Made by a program: the position numbers and the translations under genes. DNA of 64,000 nt from a virus. Lineage: Duplodnaviria > Heunggongvirae > Uroviricota > Caudoviricetes. Position 1 is the first letter of the stretch. Each line of letters opens with the position of its first letter. The stretch lies in the IMG/VR virus record IMGVR_UViG_3300028840_006732, one strand, 5' to 3'. This document shows positions 18,860 to 27,826 of the stretch, in pieces. The notes beneath the pieces were generated by a model that was not told the origin of the DNA, did not search any database, and saw only the letters and a program-made list of their open reading frames with translations.

Positions 18860-19968
18860 TGAACACCCGAACTCCTCGACTCTTGCTCACCGGTATCGGT
18901 GGGTTTATCGGCCACCACGTGGCCCAGTGGATTCTCGATCGAACGGATTGGATCGTCGTGGGGGTCGACTCCTGGCATCCTCTCCACAAGGGAGACCGCA
19001 CGCGGATCAGTCCCGAGCTGCAAGCCTACGAGGCGAAGGGTCGCCTGAAGCTGCACAAGGCTGATATGACGGTGCCGTTCTCCGACGTGTGGGGCAACCT
19101 GCTCTACGAAGTTGTGGAGGAGCGTGCCCTGGTCGATCAGTTCGATTACGTCCTCAACCTGGCCAGCGACTCCCACGTGACCCGTTCGATCACCGACCCG
19201 GCTCGATGTTGGCTGAACAACACGCAGCTCATCCTCAACATGCTGGAGTTGTTCAGGGGGCCGAACTACAGCTTGCCGAACATGCTGCCGTTCAAGTTCC
19301 TCCACATCTCCACCGACGAGGTCTACGGCGATGCCGGCTGGGACGGTCCCGGGCATCCCGAGTGGGCCACGATCATGCCCAGCAACCCCTACTCGGCCTC
19401 CAAGGCGGCCCAGGAAGCGTTGTGCATCGCCTACTGGCGGACCTACGACATGCCGATCATGATCACCAACACCATGAACGTGATCGGTGAGCGCCAGGAC
19501 CCCGAGAAGTTCCTGCCCAAGGTGATCCAGAAGATCCTCCACGGCGAGACGGTAGAGATCCACGGCGACTCGCCGGAACGGATTGCCAAGCGGGTCTGGT
19601 TGGACGCCAAGAACATGGCCGACGCCCTGCGGTTCATCCTGGAGGAGGTCGATCCCCCGATGTACCGGCAGGGCGAGGGAGCTTCGTGTCCCGGCCGCTT
19701 CAACATCGTGGGGGAGACGGAGCTGAACGTCCTCGACCTGGCTGGCAAGGTGGCCGATCAGATGGGCAAGCCTCTCTATACCAGGCATGTGAGGGGGGAC
19801 CAGGTCCGTCCTGGTTACGATCGCCGCTATGCCCTGGACGGCTCCAAGCTGGCCAGTCTCGGCTGGACGCCCCCGTTCACCTTCGAGCAGACCCTCTCTC
19901 GGGTCATCGAGTGGACTCTCCAGCATCCCGAGTGGACGGTGCAGCGGAAGAAGCTGGCCGGCGCTTGA
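18859..19968 (+). CDS. NAD-dependent sugar epimerase/dehydratase, dTDP-glucose 4,6-dehydratase-like (RmlB-like SDR)
   Basis: GIGGFIGHH Rossmann motif. STDEVYGD. YSASKAAQE carries the YxxxK catalytic dyad. Confidence 0.85.
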   Translation: MNTRTPRLLLTGIGGFIGHHVAQWILDRTDWIVVGVDSWHPLHKGDRTRISPELQAYEAKGRLKLHKADMTVPFSDVWGNLLYEVVEERALVDQFDYVLNLASDSHVTRSITDPARCWLNNTQLILNMLELFRGPNYSLPNMLPFKFLHISTDEVYGDAGWDGPGHPEWATIMPSNPYSASKAAQEALCIAYWRTYDMPIMITNTMNVIGERQDPEKFLPKVIQKILHGETVEIHGDSPERIAKRVWLDAKNMADALRFILEEVDPPMYRQGEGASCPGRFNIVGETELNVLDLAGKVADQMGKPLYTRHVRGDQVRPGYDRRYALDGSKLASLGWTPPFTFEQTLSRVIEWTLQHPEWTVQRKKLAGA

Positions 19969-20191
19969 CTTGCAACAAGTCTACCGCTACAATCAGGGTT
20001 GATTGTCAGATGCACTGGACGCCGACCGGAGGTCCTACCGGCCGGTGGCCGAGCCGCGTCGTCTAAGCGAGGACGTCGCTCTTAGCGTCCGACGCAGCAC
20101 TGGGCCGTTGCCCTCCTGCTCGCCGGAGACAACCAGGGCGGAAATGGGCGGGATCGAACCGCCCCGCGGCTTTTCAAGGGGTCGGTGTCGC

Positions 20192-20266
20192 GCCGGCGTA
20201 GCTCAGTGACAGAGCGTCTCAGCCTACGGGCGGAGAAGGTTGGGGGTTCGATTCCCTCCGCCGGCC
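20192..20266 (+). tRNA. tRNA-like element, 75 nt, with non-canonical anticodon arm and D-loop. Possibly a degenerate or atypical tRNA.
   Basis: Acceptor stem GCCGGCG/CGCCGGC, 7 bp. D-arm GCTC-AGTGACA-GAGC. T-arm GGGGG-TTCGATT-CCCTC. The anticodon region folds as a 7-bp stem (one A-G mismatch) with a 6-nt loop, not 5 bp + 7 nt. The D-loop lacks GG. Confidence 0.45.
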
Positions 20267-20328
20267 CCTATTCGTGCAATGGTGGTATCGGGGAGAGCCG
20301 GTCACTTTCCCGCTTCCACTCGGACGGT

Positions 20329-20368
20329 AGACAAGGCCAGGGTCGCCCAGCCCTGGCCTTGTCTTTTG
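20329..20368 (+). terminator. rho-independent-type terminator hairpin (14-bp perfect stem AGACAAGGCCAGGG/CCCTGGCCTTGTCT, 8-nt loop, TTT tail)
   Basis: Perfect inverted repeat read directly. Lies downstream of the tRNA-like element and upstream of a 140-bp lower-GC gap. Confidence 0.65.
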
Positions 20369-20523
20369 CGCAGCTTAATATCATGCTAGCACTGGGGATG
20401 GGAAAATCTGCCTAGCTTGTCAGCTCGGCTTGTAATTGATCCCCTCCTGTGTTAGATTCTCCAGCAGGTAGGTAGCTTTAGGTTGCCTTCCCCGGTGTAC
20501 GCCTTTCTCGAATGGAGGTACTG

Positions 20524-21513
20524 ATGGGAGACTCCCGACGTGGTTTCCTTACGAAGTGCCTTGGCGGCCTGGCGATCCCGCTGGGCCTGGGTGCTTCTGC
20601 GGTGGCAGTCGACGCCGCTGCAACAGAGAAGAAGGCCTTGCCGTTTTCTCCGTCCCCCGATACGGAGAAGAGCTTTGGCAAGGGTACATCTCGACTCACT
20701 GTCGAGACCGACTTTACTCCCCCGGGCACCTCGGTCCTTCACCAGGACGACGGGCAGGTGTCCCTGGTTGATGAGCTGCTCGTCTACCGGCCCTTGCGGT
20801 CGCAGCCGTGGGTCGGTGCGCAGTTCCTTATCCCTCACGATCGCCAGGCGTTCGCCCAGTCAGTGTGCGTGTGCTCCCCAAAGGGTTTTCTCCCCGAGCT
20901 GCGCTACGAGGAGAATCGCAACTGCGATGCCTTTCCCGCGTTGTTCGACGCCCAGGGAAGGCGGTTCCCGCTCCAGTTGATGGCTTGCCAGCGCGACCGC
21001 CGGCTCCAGGTCGACCGCATCTTCATGGGAGGGCTCTTGCCCGTGAAGTTCACCCGGTCGCTGGAGGAATTGAAGATCGCCTTCATGCGTTGCAAGAAGT
21101 GCGGCTTCTACCATCGCTGCCTGACCCACGAGGCGGGCGAGCCGATGGGTTTCACCAGAAACTGGGTGCTGCACGAGAAGGTCGACACTTCGACGGACGT
21201 CTGTCCGCGGTGTCGCCACAGGGAGCGAGAGCGTATTGAGTACAAGGATGTCCTCAACATCGAGAAGCTCTACATGACGCCCACTAGCAGCCATCTGGTC
21301 TTCAGTGAGCCTGATCCGCACTGGAAGCCGTCTCGTGCTGCGCATGCGGCGCCTCCGTGGCCGTTGGGCCCGGGTGATCTCGACGTCAGCAACCGGCCGC
21401 AATGGCTGGGCATGGAGGTAGGCAAGCGACCGGTGGCACAGGTGGAGCCGAAGCCGTCTCCCTTCGCGGAGGCCTTCAGCGTTTCCTTTGCCTCGCTGCT
21501 GTCCAGCCTGTAA
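20524..21513 (+). CDS. secreted Cys-rich hypothetical protein with Tat signal (RRGFLTKCLGGLAIPLGLGASA)
   Basis: GGAGG 5 nt upstream. Cys clusters CKKCGFYHRC and CPRCRHRERER. Confidence 0.6.
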   Translation: MGDSRRGFLTKCLGGLAIPLGLGASAVAVDAAATEKKALPFSPSPDTEKSFGKGTSRLTVETDFTPPGTSVLHQDDGQVSLVDELLVYRPLRSQPWVGAQFLIPHDRQAFAQSVCVCSPKGFLPELRYEENRNCDAFPALFDAQGRRFPLQLMACQRDRRLQVDRIFMGGLLPVKFTRSLEELKIAFMRCKKCGFYHRCLTHEAGEPMGFTRNWVLHEKVDTSTDVCPRCRHRERERIEYKDVLNIEKLYMTPTSSHLVFSEPDPHWKPSRAAHAAPPWPLGPGDLDVSNRPQWLGMEVGKRPVAQVEPKPSPFAEAFSVSFASLLSSL

Positions 21514-21565
21514 AGGCCGGTCAGTCGACTAAACTCGAACAACGACCCCAGGAGTAAACTGTCTG

Positions 21566-22429
21566 ATGCCTACCCTGGTCCCTCCGACCTTAGACGATGT
21601 TGGGGACAAGCCCGGTCAGTCGGATGAGAACCAGGAGACCAACGCCGAGGCGACTACCCACCGCGGGCAGCCTTGTCCTTTGGTCACCGGTCTTTTGGTA
21701 CTAGCCGATCCGCGAAGGCTCGTGATTGCACGAACCACGGTGAACCAGTTTGTTCGCCAGACCTACAGCCGCAAAGAAATCGTCATCGTCAACTCGTCGG
21801 GCCGTCGTGTGACGACCCACGATCATCCTCTGGTACGCGAGTTCCTCGTCCCCCGGGACGACTACCCGACCATCGGTGGTCTACGGAATCGTGCTATCCG
21901 GGAGGCGAAGGGCGATTGGCTGCTGTCGATCGACGACGATGATCATAGCCATCCTCATCGCGTGGCCTTCCAGATGGCCCACCGTGTCGAGGGTTGCTGT
22001 GTGTTGCTCTCCCACCAGGTTCGTGTCGACATCCGGAACACGGTGATCTGCGTTCCGGTGGAAAGCCTGGGCCACGCCAGTACGGTGTTGTGGTCCGCCG
22101 CGGACTCTCCGTTCTTTCCGGAGAACGGAGCGCCTGGCGAAGACAAGCAGTTCGTCGAGCAGTTCGGCGAGCGGCGCGTCATCCTTGATAACGGCCCGGA
22201 CTGGTTTCCCGGGCCCTGTCTCCATGTGGCCATTTACCACGGCCTCAACGTCAAGAGTCGAGAGGAGTTCCTGGGCGAGTATGCTGGCCCCGTGTTTCAC
22301 GGGGCGCGTTGCCCGAATGTTACGGACGACGTGCTGGAGTACGTGAAGGTGGCGGTCGGGCACTTCAACGTCCGCACGCTGGAACGTCCTCCGGAAGAGG
22401 ATGTGGTAGGGTCTGTGACCCTACGTTGA
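21566..22429 (+). CDS. GT-A fold glycosyltransferase (GT2-like), DDDDHSHPHR motif
   Basis: LLSIDDDDHSHPHR DXD region. Paralogous to the motif in 23912..24874 (WDDDNLSHPDR). Confidence 0.55.
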   Translation: MPTLVPPTLDDVGDKPGQSDENQETNAEATTHRGQPCPLVTGLLVLADPRRLVIARTTVNQFVRQTYSRKEIVIVNSSGRRVTTHDHPLVREFLVPRDDYPTIGGLRNRAIREAKGDWLLSIDDDDHSHPHRVAFQMAHRVEGCCVLLSHQVRVDIRNTVICVPVESLGHASTVLWSAADSPFFPENGAPGEDKQFVEQFGERRVILDNGPDWFPGPCLHVAIYHGLNVKSREEFLGEYAGPVFHGARCPNVTDDVLEYVKVAVGHFNVRTLERPPEEDVVGSVTLR

Positions 22430-22464
22430 ACTCGACAAAAGACGTGTGTGACGAGGAACTGTCC

Positions 22465-23253
22465 ATGTCTTCCCAGAGAAGCAAGGACATCCTCAACTTC
22501 GTGGTAACAGGTCAAGTACGATGCGGAGCGAGCGTCATCCAGACGTCCGTACGATCTCACCCTAAGGCGACATGCCATGGAGACTTGCTACATCACGAGG
22601 AGGATGTCCGCCGCGAGACCCATGAGGAGTATTTCGGGGCGCCTTTTAAGGCGGCCATGCCGGAGCACTGCATCCCCGGCGAGGTCAACCCCGAGCAATA
22701 CCTAAGCGCCCGAGTCTTCGACAGCCCGCTGAACGGCGAGGAGGCAATCGGCGTCAAAGTTCTGTTCCCCCACCTGAAGGCCAACGATCTGTGGGAGTTC
22801 CTGCATGAGCGTAGCCTGGAGGGGGACTTCTGTACCATCTTGGTCCTGCGCAACCCCGTGGCTTGCTACGTCTCTTGGAAGCAAGCACTCCAGACCGGGG
22901 TCTTCCAGCAGGACATCGACGACCGGCAACCATTGAACTCTCCGCTGCCGGTCGATCTCGAACCCTCCAAGCTCGTGCCGTTCGTGCGTTGGCACGTGGC
23001 CTTCGAGGAGCGGGTTCGGCAGTATTGTGATGATCGGCTGGAGATTCACTACCGCGAGTTGTTCCTCAACTATCACGAGGTCATGGGTCAGGTGTTCGAG
23101 TATCTCGAACTGCCTCCCTATGCCGCTGTGACGCCGAGCTGCCGGCGGTTGAAGAACCGGAGCATGCGGCAACGAATCGCCAACTTCCACACTGTTCGGC
23201 TTGAGTTGCCGGACGACGTCCGAGTGTACCTTGACGCGGAGGATTTGTTCTGA
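22465..23253 (+). CDS. sulfotransferase-like P-loop protein (second copy of this class)
   Basis: VVTGQVRCGASV P-loop-like region. TILVLRNPVACYVS resembles the 3'-PB motif. Weak assignment. Confidence 0.45.
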   Translation: MSSQRSKDILNFVVTGQVRCGASVIQTSVRSHPKATCHGDLLHHEEDVRRETHEEYFGAPFKAAMPEHCIPGEVNPEQYLSARVFDSPLNGEEAIGVKVLFPHLKANDLWEFLHERSLEGDFCTILVLRNPVACYVSWKQALQTGVFQQDIDDRQPLNSPLPVDLEPSKLVPFVRWHVAFEERVRQYCDDRLEIHYRELFLNYHEVMGQVFEYLELPPYAAVTPSCRRLKNRSMRQRIANFHTVRLELPDDVRVYLDAEDLF

Positions 23254-23254
23254 A

Positions 23255-23899
23255 ATGGATATAGTGGCTATTGTCCCAGCAGACCCGCCGATCCTTGATT
23301 GGCTGGGTGACAGCTCCTCCTTGGAGCTGGCCGTGCGGAAGCTCGAAGACTTCCGCGAGATCGACCGAATTGCCGTGCTGGTGGACAAGGAAGTCAGCCA
23401 TCCCGACGAGACCCCGGCTCTCCGAGACGCCGTCGCCGTGGACGACCGGGTGCGTGTCTACTTTCCTATCGCTCGCGATGAGCACGCCCCGCTGGCCGAC
23501 GAGATCGCGGCCTACTTGCGGGCCAGCGACGACGGCCACGCGAGCCACTATTTGCTCGTGAATCCCGCTTTCCCGTTCCTTGATCGTGACACGATCGCCA
23601 AGGTGCTGTACGCTGTCCATCCGGAGGGTCACCCGGCCGCAGTCACCGTGAGCGGCAAGTACATCGTCCAGGCCCAGGCGGACGGTGCCCGTCTCATCCG
23701 CGGCTGCTCGGTCTACGATGCCTGCCTGGCTGTGACGCACGGTTTATGGGAGTCGCAGGCTGGGGGGCTGGCGGACGGTAAAGATCTTCGTTTGGGTCAT
23801 ACGGTTGGCCTGGTTAGCATCAATCAGTTGGAGGCTATCAACTTGCGAGACGCTCGCGGGTGGGAAATGGCTTTCACCCTGGCGGCCTTCGGCTCCTAG
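23255..23899 (+). CDS. nucleotidyltransferase/cytidylyltransferase-like protein (CMP-sugar synthetase-like GT-A fold)
   Basis: MDIVAIVPAD N-terminus resembles the IPAR motif of acylneuraminate/KDO cytidylyltransferases. Confidence 0.5.
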   Translation: MDIVAIVPADPPILDWLGDSSSLELAVRKLEDFREIDRIAVLVDKEVSHPDETPALRDAVAVDDRVRVYFPIARDEHAPLADEIAAYLRASDDGHASHYLLVNPAFPFLDRDTIAKVLYAVHPEGHPAAVTVSGKYIVQAQADGARLIRGCSVYDACLAVTHGLWESQAGGLADGKDLRLGHTVGLVSINQLEAINLRDARGWEMAFTLAAFGS

Positions 23900-23911
23900 A
23901 CAGGAGGCAGA

Positions 23912-24874
23912 GTGTTGAACGAACCCGTTACCATCGGTGCGATCTGCGTATCGCACTCGTCCCGCTGGGGCCTGCTCCAGCGGGCGATCGTCAATTTCCT
24001 GGAGCAGGAGTATTCCGAGCGGCGGTTGTGGATCGTCGTCAAGGAACCCGGCTACGCGGAGCAGATCCGCACGTTCCTCAACGACCGCCGGCTTCTCAAC
24101 AGCGTCGAGGTCGTGCCCTCGGAGTTCGTCGAGGTCAGGCTGGTCGATTTCCAGACGCCGACCGAGGCTTTCGTCCTGGCTCTCGGTTGGGCCTGGTGCG
24201 ACTGGATTGCATGTTGGGACGACGACAACCTGTCCCACCCCGATCGTTTCAACTTCCAGCTTAACCGTGCCGGCCCCCATGGCCCCTGCTTGCTGGCGCA
24301 GTCGCTGTACTACTTCTACGACAGCGACGAGCTGTTCGTGACCGACTACGCCCAGCCGGCCGGCCAGCCTCACGAGCGGTGTGCTCTGGGCTCGCTGCTG
24401 TTTCCCCGGGCGGCCTTGCCGGTGCTCGACGTGAGGGCTGGCGGTCCCTGGTCGATCCAGGTGCTCACGAAGATGGGCATGGAGTACGACTTGATCGGCG
24501 ATTGTGCGGGGTATTTCCTTGCCGGCTCCAACGGTGACAATTATCGTGGAGAGGAGCTGCATCGCCGCCTGGGGAGCAAGCTGCCGGGGACGCTGACCCG
24601 GGCGCAGTTGTGCCAGGAGAGTAAGGCCGAGGAGGTCGAGGGCTGGCTTTCCTTCTACAGGTTCCCCAGCACCGCGGTCGATGTCTGCGGCAAGGATCTC
24701 CAGGCTTTCCGGGCGGAACAGCAGCGGATGTGGCCGGACTGGTTGGCAACGACGGCGTATCCTGAGGATTACAAGCTGTGGCTGCCCAGTTCTCGGCAGA
24801 AGACGGCCGCCAAGCTGGCCGCGGCTCACGAAAAGAAGCTCCGCCAGGAAGCTGCGGCGGCCGAGAAGAAATGA
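23912..24874 (+). CDS. GT-A fold glycosyltransferase (GT2-like), WDDDNLSHPDR motif
   Basis: GTG start 5 nt after AGGAGG. DXD region. Confidence 0.55.
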   Translation: MLNEPVTIGAICVSHSSRWGLLQRAIVNFLEQEYSERRLWIVVKEPGYAEQIRTFLNDRRLLNSVEVVPSEFVEVRLVDFQTPTEAFVLALGWAWCDWIACWDDDNLSHPDRFNFQLNRAGPHGPCLLAQSLYYFYDSDELFVTDYAQPAGQPHERCALGSLLFPRAALPVLDVRAGGPWSIQVLTKMGMEYDLIGDCAGYFLAGSNGDNYRGEELHRRLGSKLPGTLTRAQLCQESKAEEVEGWLSFYRFPSTAVDVCGKDLQAFRAEQQRMWPDWLATTAYPEDYKLWLPSSRQKTAAKLAAAHEKKLRQEAAAAEKK

Positions 24875-24881
24875 GGACGGA

Positions 24882-25112
24882 ATGGTCGAGCTGTCCCAGC
24901 GCGAACGCCAGATCGTTTGCGGTGTCGTCGAAGGAATGACGTACCGTGAGATCGCTGAGGGTCTCGGCTTGACCTACGAGACGATCAAGACGTACGCGAA
25001 ACGGCTTCGCAAGAAGCTCGGCGTCAACTCCCGGACCGCGATTGCGATCTGGGGGATGAAGAATGGGAGGAGGCTTCATGCCGGGTATGGCACTCGTAAA
25101 GACGCCGGCTGA
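24882..25112 (+). CDS. LuxR/GerE-family helix-turn-helix transcription regulator (stand-alone HTH, 76 aa)
   Basis: LSQRERQIVCGVVEGMTYREIAEGLGLTYETIKTYAKRLRKKLGV is a classic GerE HTH signature. Confidence 0.65.
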   Translation: MVELSQRERQIVCGVVEGMTYREIAEGLGLTYETIKTYAKRLRKKLGVNSRTAIAIWGMKNGRRLHAGYGTRKDAG

Positions 25113-25593
25113 CTGGCAGACGTACCAGCTCAGCATGGCCCAGCAGCACAACGTCCACCCCAACATGGTCGAGTGGGGTAGTGGGCCGCGTCAGTTTCCC
25201 TGCCTCGTCGCCACGCGGATGCTCAGCGACGAGCGGAGATTCCTGAGCTGCTACGTCTACCCCCACGAGGCCTTGTCGCTTGTCGAAGCGGCCCAGGCTA
25301 GCCAGGTGCTGGCCGGTACCGGCATGGCAGCCCAGTCGGTCGAGGTCCAAGGAGGTCCTACGCAGGAGGACTTCAACAAGCACACGGCGGCGATGCTCAT
25401 GGCGGTTGTCGAGGAGTTGGAGAGCATGTCGGTGACCAGCCGCGAGCGGTTCGAGGCGGCGTTGACACGCTGTCTGGCCCGCGTCGACCAGTACCACGCG
25501 GACGACAAGACGAAGTTGAAGGCCGACCTGTCGGAGGGCACGGTGCTCAAGCAGCTCTTCCCCAAGGAACGACCGGATGGCAACACTGGATAA
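25078..25593 (+). CDS. hypothetical protein
   Basis: GGGAGGAGG RBS 5 nt upstream. Confidence 0.5.
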   Translation: MPGMALVKTPADWQTYQLSMAQQHNVHPNMVEWGSGPRQFPCLVATRMLSDERRFLSCYVYPHEALSLVEAAQASQVLAGTGMAAQSVEVQGGPTQEDFNKHTAAMLMAVVEELESMSVTSRERFEAALTRCLARVDQYHADDKTKLKADLSEGTVLKQLFPKERPDGNTG

Positions 25594-27412
25594 GCTCAAA
25601 GGCTGGCTCGGGCCGAGCATGGGATTCAATGCTCAACTATTGCCGCCCCCGGTGCCGCTTTATGAGCTGGGAAAATCGGGACCAATCGCGTACGTCCAGC
25701 AGCCGGCAATCATGGACACGAACCAACCACCGATTAACGTGCCCTCGAACATCGAGAATCCTCCCAGTCAGGACGTCAACGATGCGATGCACACCTGGAA
25801 GGAGCCGCAGATCCGCTGCCCCAACTGCCAGTCGGTGGTCAATGGATTGCGCGAGGGTCAGGAGAAGGTGCCGCTGGGCTCGCCGACCGTGACGGCCGTG
25901 GGGCAGAAGAAGCCCAAGTTCAACCAGGACCCCGTCACGCCTCCGGTTCCCGGCCAGCAGACGCAGGCGCTGCGTCTTGTCTACCGGATGAATCCCTGCG
26001 GTTGCCAGGTCTCCCAGGAGTGGGCCGGAGCCTACGCGGCCGAAGTCCTTCGCCGCCGCCAGGGCAAGGAGCCCAAGGAGGTCGTGGAGATGACGGCCTC
26101 GCAGAAGGAAGGGCGGAAGAAATCCCTGCTGAAGTCGATAGGCAACATCTACAAGCTCATCGAGCAGCGGAAGGCTGCGGGGGACATGTTCTCCGCGGCA
26201 GAGATCCCCAAGCTCGAAAAGGAGCTGGTGGTCAAGGTCGACCAGTTCATGCGGCTCTGCCCCGGAGAGCACAACCGTTTGCCCCAGACGAACCTCTCCC
26301 AGTCGACGCTGGGCTGGGCCTCGAAGAACCAACTGGCCTTGCCGCCCAAGCCGGGCGGCGTGATCCCCGGGACGGACGCCATCCTGGAAATCCTCAAGGC
26401 CGGCGGCATCGTCTCGGCTACGGCCGCGGCGGAGTCGGCCGGGCTCAACTTCGAGGACGAGATGAAGCTGATACAGCAGGAGGCTGCCTACCTCGCCGAG
26501 CAGGAGAAGCTCCACCAAGAGCTGATGGGCAAGTTCGAGACTCCCAAAATGAAACTGCCCTTCAAAAGCAAGGAGATCATCGCTGCTCCCTCCAAGGACT
26601 GCGCGATGGCAATGTCTGCGGTCAATAACGGCTTGGACAAGTTCGGAGAGGAGACGATGGCGATGTTGGCCGGTGCCGTTCACTCGATCACGGAGTTGAC
26701 CAAGAGCCTCTTCCTCCAGAAGCTAGCGGACGACCACAACATCTCGCCCAACAACGAAAAGGTAGCCAACGCACTGTGGGAAACGGCCCAGGCGTTACAC
26801 AAGTTAGGGATTAGGCCGGAGCATCTCACCGAGGCCTGCGCGGCCGCGCCGACCACTGAGGCCCAGGCCCAGAAAGCCGGCTACATCTCCAAGCCGGTCA
26901 ACCCGTCTGTGATCGCCAAGAAGGTTCCCAAGCACGTCAAGCCCCAGAAGGTGCCGCACGAGCATCCCAATCCGGGGCCGACGACCCCGGTGCCGGGACC
27001 GGCTCCAACGGTGAACTTGTCGCCGACGCCCGCTTGGTCTGAGCCTGGTGCGGCGATCCCGCCGGTTACCGGCATGGTCGCTGCCGGCGCCCAGGAGCTT
27101 CAGACTCCGCTCGGGAAGATGCACCCGGATTCCCTGGCCGCCCTGGCCAAGAAGATCCAGGCCGAGCTGGTGGCCTACCACTCGGTCGGCGCCCCGCTCT
27201 CCGCGGAGGCCAAGCAGTTCCTGGCGGCTTTCGAGCAGAGTACCGGCCAGTCGCTGGCCCTGACCCCGGTGGACCCCTCCACCAAGCCAATCCCGTTGAC
27301 GTCTAAACCGCCGAAGGAACCCGACAAAAAGAAGAAGGAGCAATTTCTCGACAGCCTGGCTGCTCGTAAACCCAGGCGTATGTCGAAGTTGAAGCAAAGA
27401 GAGGACGACTAG
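25577..27412 (+). CDS. large hypothetical protein with CPNC zinc-ribbon-like motif and Pro-rich C-terminal region
   Basis: 611-aa ORF with high GC3. CPNCQ motif. No recognisable catalytic domain. Confidence 0.6.
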   Translation: MATLDKLKGWLGPSMGFNAQLLPPPVPLYELGKSGPIAYVQQPAIMDTNQPPINVPSNIENPPSQDVNDAMHTWKEPQIRCPNCQSVVNGLREGQEKVPLGSPTVTAVGQKKPKFNQDPVTPPVPGQQTQALRLVYRMNPCGCQVSQEWAGAYAAEVLRRRQGKEPKEVVEMTASQKEGRKKSLLKSIGNIYKLIEQRKAAGDMFSAAEIPKLEKELVVKVDQFMRLCPGEHNRLPQTNLSQSTLGWASKNQLALPPKPGGVIPGTDAILEILKAGGIVSATAAAESAGLNFEDEMKLIQQEAAYLAEQEKLHQELMGKFETPKMKLPFKSKEIIAAPSKDCAMAMSAVNNGLDKFGEETMAMLAGAVHSITELTKSLFLQKLADDHNISPNNEKVANALWETAQALHKLGIRPEHLTEACAAAPTTEAQAQKAGYISKPVNPSVIAKKVPKHVKPQKVPHEHPNPGPTTPVPGPAPTVNLSPTPAWSEPGAAIPPVTGMVAAGAQELQTPLGKMHPDSLAALAKKIQAELVAYHSVGAPLSAEAKQFLAAFEQSTGQSLALTPVDPSTKPIPLTSKPPKEPDKKKKEQFLDSLAARKPRRMSKLKQREDD

Positions 27413-27509
27413 CCGGCCGGTGGACCGGCCGATAACCCGTGTGAGTGGCTGGCTTTACCGCCAAATGCCACTTACAATAAGAGAGTCTCCTGTTGGAGGC
27501 GCACCGGGG

Positions 27510-27545
27510 GCTGGTCGAGTTCGGACGCTCGTCCAGCCTTTTTTC
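27510..27545 (+). terminator. putative rho-independent terminator (10-bp stem with one mismatch, GCTGGTCGAG/CTCGTCCAGC, then CTTTTTT)
   Basis: Inverted repeat plus T-run about 100 bp downstream of the stop at 27412. Confidence 0.5.
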
Positions 27546-27556
27546 ATGGACCAGCC

Positions 27557-27826
27557 ATGCGTGGACGCAAGCGAACCAGCAAACGAAAGACCGCGGAGGC
27601 GACGATCCATTTCACCTCGGCGAAGAACTCCGCCGGCAGGCGGCAACGATGTGTGTACGCCGAGTGCCAGTTGTCCGGTGGGCAGGTGGGCCCGATCTGG
27701 GGGCATGCAGACGAATCGGTCCGCAAAGCCCTGGCCGAGCTGACGGCCCGTTGTGACTGCCCGGCCCGTTTCCATCGGGCCCAGGAGTTCACCGGCGCCA
27801 GAGTCGCGAAATCCTCTCGACGTTGA
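27557..27826 (+). CDS. possible small basic protein (low confidence; region 27413-28060 has weak coding signal)
   Basis: ORF only. No RBS. Basic N-terminus. Confidence 0.25.
   Translation: MRGRKRTSKRKTAEATIHFTSAKNSAGRRQRCVYAECQLSGGQVGPIWGHADESVRKALAELTARCDCPARFHRAQEFTGARVAKSSRR

Noticed and set aside
19970-19993. Sigma-70-like promoter TTGCAA ... TACAAT upstream of the tRNA-like element
   Set aside because: The spacer between the hexamers is only 12 nt, against the canonical 17 +/- 1. Kept only as a note.
20140-20166. Second tRNA on the minus strand (GGTTCGATCC-like T-arm)
   Set aside because: Only a T-arm-like hairpin is present. No matching acceptor, D-arm or anticodon arm could be built. 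Treated as a fragment or coincidence.
20192-20266. Interpreting the tRNA-like element as a host attB marking a prophage boundary
   Set aside because: Glycan genes (GT-A paralogues, sulfotransferase-like genes) and the recurrent palindromic motif occur on both sides of the element. Gene orientation and packing are continuous across it. The element itself is non-canonical.
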